DNA from: Leidyana gryllorum EB-2025a
Lineage: Eukaryota > Protista > Apicomplexa
NCBI GenBank assembly: GCA_048772705.1
Contig: JBLWGC010000207.1
Coordinates: forward strand, 1 to 5,332
DNA length: 5,332 nt
Direction: 5' to 3'
Part shown: positions 1 through 5,131 of the stretch, piece by piece
Layout: each line of letters opens with the position of its first letter
Position numbering within the stretch: position 1 is the first letter of the stretch
Position numbers and translations under genes: made by a program
The notes under the pieces: model-generated
What the model was told of the DNA's origin: nothing
Database searches by the model: none
What the model saw: only the letters and a program-made list of their open reading frames with translations

Positions 1-35
1 AGAAAACGTGTAAAGTGGCGAGCCAAGAACACTTC

Positions 36-115
36 GGTAAGATGGCCGAGTGGTCTAAGGCGCTGTGTTAAGGCCGCAGTCCGAAAGGGCGTAGGTTCGA
101 ATCCCGCTCTTGTCA
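36..115 (+). tRNA. trnL-AAG: tRNA-Leu(AAG), one T-stem mismatch
   Basis: Acceptor GGTAAGA/TCTTGTC+A. Anticodon arm CTGTG-TTAAGGC-CGCAG (AAG at 70-72). Variable arm with GAAA loop. T arm GTAGG-TTCGAAT-CCCGC has an A.C mismatch relative to the paralog at 2645-2724. Confidence 0.9.
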
Positions 116-175
116 GCCGTTGTATCGGTACTCGGTCAGCCACTGGATGCAGAAGGTTTTCCATGTAGAGCGGAT

Positions 176-248
176 GGGCGGCTAGCTCAGATGGTAGAGC
201 GCTCGCTTTGCATGCGAGAGGTACTAGGATCCATACCCAGGTCGTCCA
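176..248 (+). tRNA. trnA-TGC: tRNA-Ala(TGC), T arm damaged (possible pseudogene)
   Basis: GGGCGGC/GTCGTCC+A with G3.U70. CTCGC-TTTGCAT-GCGAG. T arm CTAGG-ATCCATA-CCCAG has a stem mismatch and ATCCA instead of ATCGA. Confidence 0.85.
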
Positions 249-318
249 AACTCAGTAGGGCGACCTGCCGGTAGTTAAATACAGAGACGTCTAACAGAGC
301 GTCGCATATCGCAGCTCC

Positions 319-391
319 CGGCACCGCTAGGCTTCGAAACTGCGACTTTGTGGTAAACAGCTACACGCTTTGTCGACTGAGCTACAAGACC
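319..391 (-). pseudogene. tRNA-Asn(GTT) pseudogene
   Basis: Reverse complement GGTCTTGTAGCTCAGTCGACAAAGCGTGTAGCTGTTTACCACAAAGTCGCAGTTTCGAAGCCTAGCGGTGCCG aligns ungapped to the intact Asn at 2299-2371. D loop, T arm and acceptor are broken. Confidence 0.85.
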
Positions 392-402
392 CAGTTGCAA
401 TG

Positions 403-445
403 TTCTTCCAAGCGAGGAAAAATCATACCTGCAGACCAAACAGCC
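403..445 (-). pseudogene. 5' half fragment of tRNA-Pro
   Basis: Reverse complement GGCTGTTTGGTCTGCAGGTATGATTTTTCCTCGCTTGGAAGAA matches the 5' half of Pro 1634-1705. No T arm; runs into the Asn leader. Confidence 0.8.
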
Positions 446-518
446 CCCTGGTCGGGCCTCGTGCCGAAGCTTGTCAGCGTCTCTGTCAATCTGCTACGGC
501 TGTTTGAGGCGTGCCTCC

Positions 519-589
519 TGCGTCTGCCGGGAATCGAACCTGGGTCGTCTCGGTGGCAACGACACATTCTACCACTAGACCACAGATGC
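519..589 (-). tRNA. trnG-GCC: tRNA-Gly(GCC), two stem mismatches
   Basis: GCATCTG/CAGACGC+A. TGTCG-TTGCCAC-CGAGA (G.G mismatch). CCAGG-TTCGATT-CCCGG (A.C mismatch). Acceptor also has an A.C at 3:70. Confidence 0.85.
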
Positions 590-685
590 ATGACTCGTTG
601 TTGTTCAAGCTCGTGCACAATAACGGCCGTTTTGCTTCAAATGAGAAGACAGAATCGAGTTGAGCGAGTATGACGGGTAGTTTGT

Positions 686-757
686 GGGTACGTAGCTCAG
701 TGGTAGAGCAGCTGACTGCAGATCAGCAAGTCCGTGGTCCAACTCCGCGCGTGCCCA
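686..757 (+). tRNA. trnC-GCA: tRNA-Cys(GCA), aberrant T loop
   Basis: GGGTACG/CGTGCCC. GCTGA-CTGCAGA-TCAGC. T loop TCCAACT lacks TTC. Position 73 is A rather than the usual Cys U73. Confidence 0.85.
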
Positions 758-838
758 GAAGATGGTTTGGAACGATCGGAGATGTTGGACCTCCATTCCT
801 GACCACAAGGCAATTAGTTTTGAACGGGAGATGGTTTT

Positions 839-910
839 GGGCCTATGGCGCAACGGTAGCGCGTCTGACTCCAGATCAGCAGGTTGGGTGTTCGAATCAC
901 TCTGGGCTCA
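839..910 (+). tRNA. trnW-CCA: tRNA-Trp(CCA)
   Basis: GGGCCTA/TGGGCTC+A. D arm GCGC-AACGGTA-GCGC. TCTGA-CTCCAGA-TCAGC. GGGTG-TTCGAAT-CACTC. Confidence 0.93.
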
Positions 911-942
911 ATCAGACTTTATGTTCTTCTCGTATGGGGCGC

Positions 943-977
943 AACCAAGAATGGGATTCGGACCCACGCCCAGTCGG
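943..977 (-). pseudogene. 3' fragment of a tRNA-Leu-like gene
   Basis: Reverse complement contains GGGCGTGGGTCCGAATCCCATTCTTGGTT, resembling the T arm and acceptor of Leu 2645-2724. No recognisable 5' half. Confidence 0.6.
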
Positions 978-1090
978 CGCTGCGCCGTCACATACGTCCC
1001 TGCGAGTGCTACAGCTGTCCGCCCGTGTCTAATTGGCACTGGAGTTCAACGGCGTAGAATTCTAGTGAATAAGCCATGTGCTATGTCCTC

Positions 1091-1161
1091 TGCATCTGCC
1101 GCGAATCGGACCTGGGTCGTCTCGGCGGCAACGACACAGTCTACCCCTAGACCACAGATGC
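1091..1161 (-). pseudogene. tRNA-Gly(GCC) pseudogene
   Basis: Ungapped copy of 519-589 with extra lesions: T loop TCCGATT, T stem CCAGG/CGCGG, D-loop change. Confidence 0.85.
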
Positions 1162-1300
1162 GTGACACCTCCATTCCTGAATACAAGGCGATGAGTCTGG
1201 ACTACTCTAGGCCGTCCAACTGAGGGCGGTACGTAAAAACCAGGCTCATCGAATATGTGTTTTCAAAGACACACGCCCCTTTCGCAGCCAAAAGCTCCGT

Positions 1301-1373
1301 GCGGCCATGGTCTAGTGGTCACGACGTCTGCTTAACACGCAGAAGGTCCCGAGTTCGATCCTCGGTGGCTGTA
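1301..1373 (+). tRNA. trnV-AAC: tRNA-Val(AAC)
   Basis: GCGGCCA/TGGCTGT+A. TCTGC-TTAACAC-GCAGA. CCGAG-TTCGATC-CTCGG. Confidence 0.93.
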
Positions 1374-1396
1374 GCTCGCAACTTTCAGCGGGCACC

Positions 1397-1402
1397 AAAA
1401 AA
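1397..1402 (-). terminator. Possible Pol III terminator (T6) for tRNA-Asp
   Basis: A6 on the plus strand is T6 on the minus strand, about 26 nt downstream of the Asp 3' end. Confidence 0.4.
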
Positions 1403-1428
1403 GACAATCTTAAGCGAGATCAACTGTG

Positions 1429-1500
1429 CTCCGAGACCGGGAATCGAACCCGGGTCTTCCGCGTGACAGGCGGAAATACTAACCACTATACTATCTCGGA
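1429..1500 (-). tRNA. trnD-GTC: tRNA-Asp(GTC), intact
   Basis: TCCGAGA/TCTCGGA+G. TCCGC-CTGTCAC-GCGGA. CCGGG-TTCGATT-CCCGG. Confidence 0.96.
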
Positions 1501-1633
1501 CACTCCGAACACACCGGCCTGAAACCCCAAAAGTCCTTCCATTTTGTTGTGCAGACCCCATCGCATTTGTTGGTTCTCAACATAGTATGACCACTCTCTC
1601 AACTGTACTCAGCGGGTTGCACGACCGACAGGC

Positions 1634-1705
1634 GGCTGTTTGGTCTAGTGGTATGATTCTTCCTTCGGGTGGAAGAAGTCCTGGGTTCGATTCCCAGAAC
1701 AGCCC
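1634..1705 (+). tRNA. trnP-CGG: tRNA-Pro(CGG), intact
   Basis: GGCTGTT/AACAGCC+C. CTTCC-TTCGGGT-GGAAG. CTGGG-TTCGATT-CCCAG. Confidence 0.95.
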
Positions 1706-1842
1706 CGTTGCTTGTCGGTTGACCCGACGGGACAAGTTGCCCTCAGAACCAACACAGCCACCTCTTTAGCCCACTTCGGTAGGTCAGCGCAACTAACCTC
1801 TCGGGAATCGCATTTCGGCTACCTCTGACATGTTGCAGACTA

Positions 1843-1914
1843 AGCAGTGTAGCTCAGTGGAAAAGTGTTGGGCTCATAACCCAAAGGTCCGTCGACCGAA
1901 ACGACGCACTGCTA
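1843..1914 (+). tRNA. trnM-CAT: Initiator tRNA-Met(CAT), two lesions
   Basis: A1-U72 (AGCAGTG/CACTGCT+A). Three G-C pairs in TTGGG-CTCATAA-CCCAA. T loop ACCGAAA has the eukaryotic initiator A54/A60 but C at 55. D stem GCTC/AAGT mismatch. Confidence 0.9.
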
Positions 1915-1963
1915 AGTGTGCGCAGGAGGGAAACAGTTATAGAATTGATTGGGTCGTGAGCAA

Positions 1964-2033
1964 AGCCTTCGCCGAATCGAACCGGCGACCTTTCGCTTAC
2001 TGAGCGAATGCTCTGCCCCTAAGCTAAGAAGGC
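1964..2033 (-). pseudogene. tRNA-Thr(AGT) pseudogene
   Basis: GCCTTCT...TTCGC-TCAGTAA-GCGAA...GCCGG-TTCGATT-CGGC-GAAGGC-T. Single-base deletions in the T stem and acceptor, and C33. Confidence 0.85.
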
Positions 2034-2109
2034 AATGCAAGCCGAAGATCACGAGTCAGTCACTATTGACGGAGGTTACTGGAGCACTTTGCTCGAATGG
2101 TCCAGTGAC

Positions 2110-2182
2110 TTCCACTGCCGGGACTTGAACCCGGATATGCGGGTTTCACCCGCACGATCCTAGCCACTTAGACTACAGTGGA
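2110..2182 (-). tRNA. tRNA-Glu body with inverted anticodon arm, reading GAA (Phe)
   Basis: TCCACTG-TA-GTCT-AAGTGGCTA-GGAT-CG-TGCGG-GTGAAAC-CCGCA-TAT-CCGGG-TTCAAGT-CCCGG-CAGTGGA-A. Re-inverting 2133-2160 restores a canonical Glu(TTC) layout. Confidence 0.85.
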
Positions 2183-2298
2183 CAACTCCCTCAGCTGCAG
2201 CTTTAGCCGAGAGCCGTACCCTCTTGACAACGTGCTTGCAGAATCCTGCGGTAGAATAAGGGAGGATCTCTATACTAACCTCTGAAACATTGTAGCTG

Positions 2299-2371
2299 GG
2301 TCTTGTAGCTCAGTCGGCAGAGCGTGTGGCTGTTAACCACAAAGTCGCAGGTTCGAAACCTGCCAGGACCG
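2299..2371 (+). tRNA. trnN-GTT: tRNA-Asn(GTT), intact
   Basis: GGTCTTG/CAGGACC+G. TGTGG-CTGTTAA-CCACA. GCAGG-TTCGAAA-CCTGC. Confidence 0.96.
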
Positions 2372-2486
2372 GTTTCAGAGGCACACTAAACACTGACTGC
2401 GCTGCTCTCCCAATGGCACTTGTGGTCTGCGACCCTTCAAAGATGTAAGTTTGTTTGGATCCCGCCACGTGCAGCCGTACGTACTT

Positions 2487-2559
2487 TGGACGACCTGGGT
2501 ATCGATCCCAGTACCTCTCGCATGCGAATCGAGCGCTCTACGATCTGAGCTAGCCGCCC
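2487..2559 (-). tRNA. trnA-CGC: tRNA-Ala(CGC), damaged (possible pseudogene)
   Basis: GGGCGGC/GTCGTCC+A. CTCGA-TTCGCAT-GCGAG with an A.G mismatch. D-loop GG changed to CG. T arm intact. Confidence 0.85.
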
Positions 2560-2592
2560 ATCTGAGCTAGCTGCCCATCCGCTCATCCGCTC
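2543..2592. repeat. Two abutting tandem duplications (17 bp x2, 8 bp x2)
   Basis: ATCTGAGCTAGCCGCCC/ATCTGAGCTAGCTGCCC, then ATCCGCTC/ATCCGCTC. Both are single-copy in the paralog at about 168-192. Confidence 0.9.
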
Positions 2593-2644
2593 TACATGGA
2601 AGACCTATTGCATCCAGTGGCTGACCGAGGGCCGATACAACGGC

Positions 2645-2724
2645 TGACAAGAGTGGGATTCGAACCCACGCCCTTTCGGACTGCGGCCTTAACACAGCGC
2701 CTTAGACCACTCGGCCATCTTGCC
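2645..2724 (-). tRNA. trnL-AAG: tRNA-Leu(AAG), intact
   Basis: GGCAAGA/TCTTGTC+A. CTGTG-TTAAGGC-CGCAG. GTGGG-TTCGAAT-CCCAC. Confidence 0.95.
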
Positions 2725-2808
2725 GGAGCGCCCTTGGCTCGCCACTTTACACGCTTCCTGTCTGTGAAGTCTCGAGAAGGGAGGACTTTTGGGGTTGACG
2801 ACCGGAGT

Positions 2809-3163
2809 ATGGAATGGAACAGGAGCCTCAGGCGAATTACGTTGTAAGAAGTCCACTCCTCAACTCCGGGTGGGACGGCATTTACCCGTCGAATATCTGA
2901 TGCCACCACTACAATCAGATGGGTTGTAATGTAAGCACCCCGGGCCGTGATAGTACTTCGGGGCGGTACACCGCACCCAGAACGACATCTTCAACCCCAA
3001 AAGCCTCGCCCCGAAGTACTCTTACCGCCCGAGTTGCTTAGATGGCAACGCATGTGATGGTAGTGGTGGCATCAAATATTCGACGAGCAAATTCCGTCCC
3101 GCCGGGAGTTGAGGAGTGGACTTCTTACAACGTAGTTCGTCTGATACTCCTGTTCTATTCCAT
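2809..3163. repeat. 157-bp imperfect inverted repeat (arms 2809-2965 and 3007-3163, 41-bp spacer)
   Basis: Hand alignment is ungapped, 135/157 identical. Longest perfect run is 30 bp (2838-2867). Confidence 0.95.
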
Positions 3164-3206
3164 CCTGATCGATGCTTCGCCACCTCTACAGCCTCGCTCA
3201 AAGATT

Positions 3207-3278
3207 GTCCGAGTCGTCTAGTGGTCAGGACAGCACGTTGTGGCCGTGCAAACCCAGGCTCGATTCCTGGCTCGGACA
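3207..3278 (+). tRNA. trnH-GTG: tRNA-His(GTG)
   Basis: GTCCGAG/CTCGGAC+A. GCACG-TTGTGGC-CGTGC. T loop CTCGATT (C54 variant). G-1 is not encoded (T at 3206). Confidence 0.92.
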
Positions 3279-3365
3279 GTATGTCTCCGGTGTCTCGGAT
3301 GGAAACTCTTGCCCAATCGACAACGCTTGATCGCGACAAACTCTCATTTAACGCCCCGCTTGATC

Positions 3366-3438
3366 GGCGGTATGGCCCAATGGATGTGGCATCGGTCCAC
3401 GGAAGTGGGGATTGTGAGCTTGAGTCCCAGTAGCGTCT
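3366..3438 (+). pseudogene. tRNA-Arg(ACG) pseudogene
   Basis: GGCGGTA/TAGCGTC. TGGCCCAATGGAT D arm typical of eukaryotic Arg. Loop CCACGGA. Anticodon and T stems broken. Confidence 0.75.
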
Positions 3439-3477
3439 GGGCGAGTGGTCGGGTTTTATGATGCAACTCAGATTTTG

Positions 3478-3553
3478 TCTCAGCTGGGCAGACTTCACTC
3501 GGGATTGTACGAGTGAGAGCCGCATATCTTAGCCGACCTTGGAGAGACGTGGA
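3478..3553 (-). pseudogene. tRNA-Glu(CTC) remnant
   Basis: Reverse complement contains GGCTAAGATATGCGG-CTCTCAC-TCGTACAATCC and starts TCCAC. The rest is degraded; ends are approximate. Confidence 0.7.
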
Positions 3554-3574
3554 GTGAGTCAACAATTGTAAGAC

Positions 3575-3646
3575 GGGCTGTTCTGGGAATCGAACCCAGG
3601 ACTCCTTCCACCCTTAGGAAGGAACATACCACTAGACCAGACAGCG
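3575..3646 (-). pseudogene. tRNA-Pro(AGG) pseudogene
   Basis: CTTCC-TAAGGGT-GGAAG with A33. T arm intact. Acceptor mismatches at 1:72 and 7:66. Confidence 0.85.
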
Positions 3647-3766
3647 GAATGGGAAGGGGGATACAACCGGCTACGTACAGCCGTAAACTCGAAGTGATGG
3701 CTAAATCCGCCCTGGAATGATTACCATTGCACAGAATGGGTTCCGCAGCGATGCAGACTTGCGCCC

Positions 3767-3810
3767 ACCAGAATGCCCTAGTGGGTAAGGCGCTGTGTTC
3801 AGACCCCACT
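3767..3810 (+). pseudogene. 5' fragment of tRNA-Leu(CAG)
   Basis: ACCAGAATGCCCTAGTGGGTAAGGCGCTGTG-TTCAGAC resembles the Leu 5' half (compare TAAGGCGCTGTGTT at 56-69). No 3' half. Confidence 0.6.
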
Positions 3811-3895
3811 CACATGGTCGTTAGTATCTTTCTCCCGCCTTTAAGAGCACTGGCTACCCGAAGAAACCCCAGACTAATTATTTCGATGCTGCATT

Positions 3896-3976
3896 GCGAG
3901 AATGCCCAAGAGGTTAAGGGGGTGGCCTTAAGATCCACTGGTTAATTCCGCGTGGGTTCGAACCCCACTTCTCGCA
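3896..3976 (+). tRNA. trnL-TAA: tRNA-Leu(TAA)
   Basis: GCGAGAA/TTCTCGC+A. GTGGC-CTTAAGA-TCCAC (31:39 mismatch). Long variable arm. GTGGG-TTCGAAC-CCCAC. Confidence 0.92.
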
Positions 3977-4024
3977 TAAGGAGTCGAGTGTCCCTGGGAG
4001 AAAGGGTCGGCTACCGGCCGGACC

Positions 4025-4063
4025 CGCCGTAGTCAGATGCTGTACCAAGTGAGCGAACGCCCG
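4025..4063 (-). pseudogene. Degenerate 5' half of a tRNA, identity uncertain
   Basis: Reverse complement CGGGCGT-TC-GCTC-ACTTGGTA-CAGC-A-TCTGA-CTACGGC follows the TAGCTCAGTTGGTAGAGC pattern. No pairing 3' anticodon strand. Confidence 0.45.
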
Positions 4064-4276
4064 TCGTGTGACCCTTGTACATCGAGGTTTGCTCCCGAAC
4101 AGCCTCTATAAGCACCGCTTGCGGTGCTGCAACACGCGAAGAGGCTATCGCTATCTATCCAATTCGACAGGGGCCGGCAGCATTTCAACAACGTTGGCCA
4201 GACAAGACAGAGGCAAGTGACCATACCGGGCTCTGAGCGAAGGCACACGCTCCACTCGATATATCAAACAGCCCCT

Positions 4277-4343
4277 GCGTCCATGGTCTAGCTGTCACGA
4301 AGTCTCTCCAGGCAGGGAGTCATGATTGATCCTCGGTGGTGGA
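4277..4343 (+). pseudogene. tRNA-Val pseudogene
   Basis: GCGTCCATGGTCTAG...GTCACGA...GATCCTCGGTGG matches 1301-1373. Anticodon arm destroyed. Upstream flank is also homologous. Confidence 0.75.
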
Positions 4344-4372
4344 GCACCGAACGAAGTCTATAGCGAGCTGTG

Positions 4373-4426
4373 CTGTAAGACCGGCAATCGTACACAGGTG
4401 TTCCGCGTGACGGGCGGAGATACTAA
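4373..4426 (-). pseudogene. tRNA-Asp(GTC) pseudogene, 5'-truncated
   Basis: Plus-strand AGACCGGCAATCG...TTCCGCGTGACGGGCGGAGATACTAA matches 1429-1482. Confidence 0.8.
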
Positions 4427-4505
4427 AGACTTTGGTGGACCTGCCCAATGACTTGCATGGCTCCACCCAAGGCAGATGGACTGTAACTAAGTTTCGCGTT
4501 TCCTT

Positions 4506-4579
4506 GTCGTCCTAGCTCTGTCGGTAGAGCGCAAGCCTCCTAATCTTGCAGTCGCAGATTGAAGTCCCTGTGGGCGGTG
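4506..4579 (+). pseudogene. tRNA-Lys(CTT)-derived pseudogene with CCT anticodon
   Basis: TAGCTCTGTCGGTAGAGCG-CAAGC-CTCCTAA-TCTTG is a Lys-CTT-like body. T arm damaged. Acceptor GTCGTCC/GGGCGGT. Confidence 0.75.
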
Positions 4580-4639
4580 CGGACCAATGAGTCGGGAGTA
4601 AGAATGGAGTATGTTGCCTACAAGCCCACCCAGCTGCAT

Positions 4640-4712
4640 TTCCGCTGCCGGGACTCGAACCGGGATGGTGCGGGTAGGAGCCGCATATACCGACCACCTA
4701 GACTAAAGGGGA
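4640..4712 (-). pseudogene. tRNA-Glu-derived pseudogene with CCT anticodon
   Basis: TCCCCTTTAGTCTAGGTGGTCGGTATA-TGCGG-CTCCTAC-CCGCA-CCAT-CCCGG-TTCGAGT-CCCGG-CAGCGGA-A. Acceptor, D and T stems have mismatches. Confidence 0.8.
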
Positions 4713-4911
4713 CGGGTCACCACAGTTGCACTGACGAATGAGGGCAGAAAAGGCCTGAAAATCCTGAGTTCTACACAGGAAACCTGGGGCATCACGCGAG
4801 AGATCCGCGGATCGATAGCAAGGCTGTGCAGCTTTGTCACTGGTCCAGCCTCGGACATGATGAAGAAAACGGAAATGATGGCTCTTATCATGTCGGCAGA
4901 TTTGACACCTA

Positions 4912-4945
4912 TCTAAGGATATAATTCTTCCTTGCCTGGAAGAAG
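4912..4945 (+). pseudogene. tRNA-Pro internal fragment
   Basis: TCTAAGGATATAATTCTTCC-TTGCCT-GGAAGAAG versus Pro TCTAGTGGTATGATTCTTCC-TTCGGGT-GGAAGAAG. Confidence 0.6.
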
Positions 4946-4955
4946 ATTGTAAGTG

Positions 4956-5028
4956 GGTCTTGCAGCTCAGTTGGCAGAGCATGTGGCTGTCAGCCACAAA
5001 GTCGCGGGTTCGAAACCTGTAAGATCCG
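4956..5028 (+). pseudogene. tRNA-Asn-derived pseudogene with GTC (Asp) anticodon
   Basis: Ungapped copy of 2299-2371. Loop CTGTCAG, C8, and a broken acceptor 3' strand (AAGATCC). Confidence 0.85.
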
Positions 5029-5131
5029 GGTTTTACGGCGCTTTACTCTCTCCACGGCACTTATGGTCTTGGACCCTTCAAAGGTCGTAACTCTGAGTAT
5101 TTAAATACGGTGGGTGCACCCGTACGAAGTT

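Larger units (their letters stand above)
2485..2759 (-). repeat. Inverted copy of 1-250 (Leu-spacer-Ala module)
   Basis: Genes and non-genic flanks both match, e.g. CGTGTAAAGTGGCGAGCCAAG and CTCGGTCAGCCACTGGATGCA. Homology may extend past the window start. Confidence 0.93.
4240..4426 (+). repeat. Decayed direct copy of the convergent Val/Asp module at 1266-1482
   Basis: Same gene order and orientation. Shared flanks CACACGC, AGCGAG and CTGTGCT. Confidence 0.8.

Noticed and set aside
68-74. TTA or TAA in the Leu loop read as a suppressor or Leu-TAA anticodon
   Set aside because: The stem register gives loop TTAAGGC with central AAG.
767-776. TTGGAACGAT (and TACAGAGA at 280-287) resembling U6 snRNA
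   Set aside because: The two pieces are far apart and in the wrong order, and neither continues into U6 sequence.
1762-1830. Possible further tRNA remnants on the minus strand
   Set aside because: Only short D-arm-like and T-arm-like words; no cloverleaf or paralog alignment could be built.
2787-2796. Interstitial telomere (T4G4)
   Set aside because: Only about one unit at each site; no array.
3324-3366. 10-bp direct repeat CGCTTGATCG as a target-site duplication
   Set aside because: It encloses only 23 bp with no element features.
943-3810. Leu 3' fragment (943-977) plus Leu 5' fragment (3767-3810) as a split or trans-spliced tRNA
   Set aside because: Acceptor strands do not pair in register, both halves are damaged, and there are no complementary leader/trailer sequences.
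4027-4036. CCGTAG resembling the start of the dinoflagellate spliced leader
   Set aside because: The match stops after 6 nt; no CCATTTTGGCTCAAG follows.
4731-4790. Hammerhead-like CTGACGA...GGGC/GCCT-GAAA-TCCTG/CAGGA
   Set aside because: Four extra bases precede stem II, there is no UH cleavage site after stem III, and no stem I forms.
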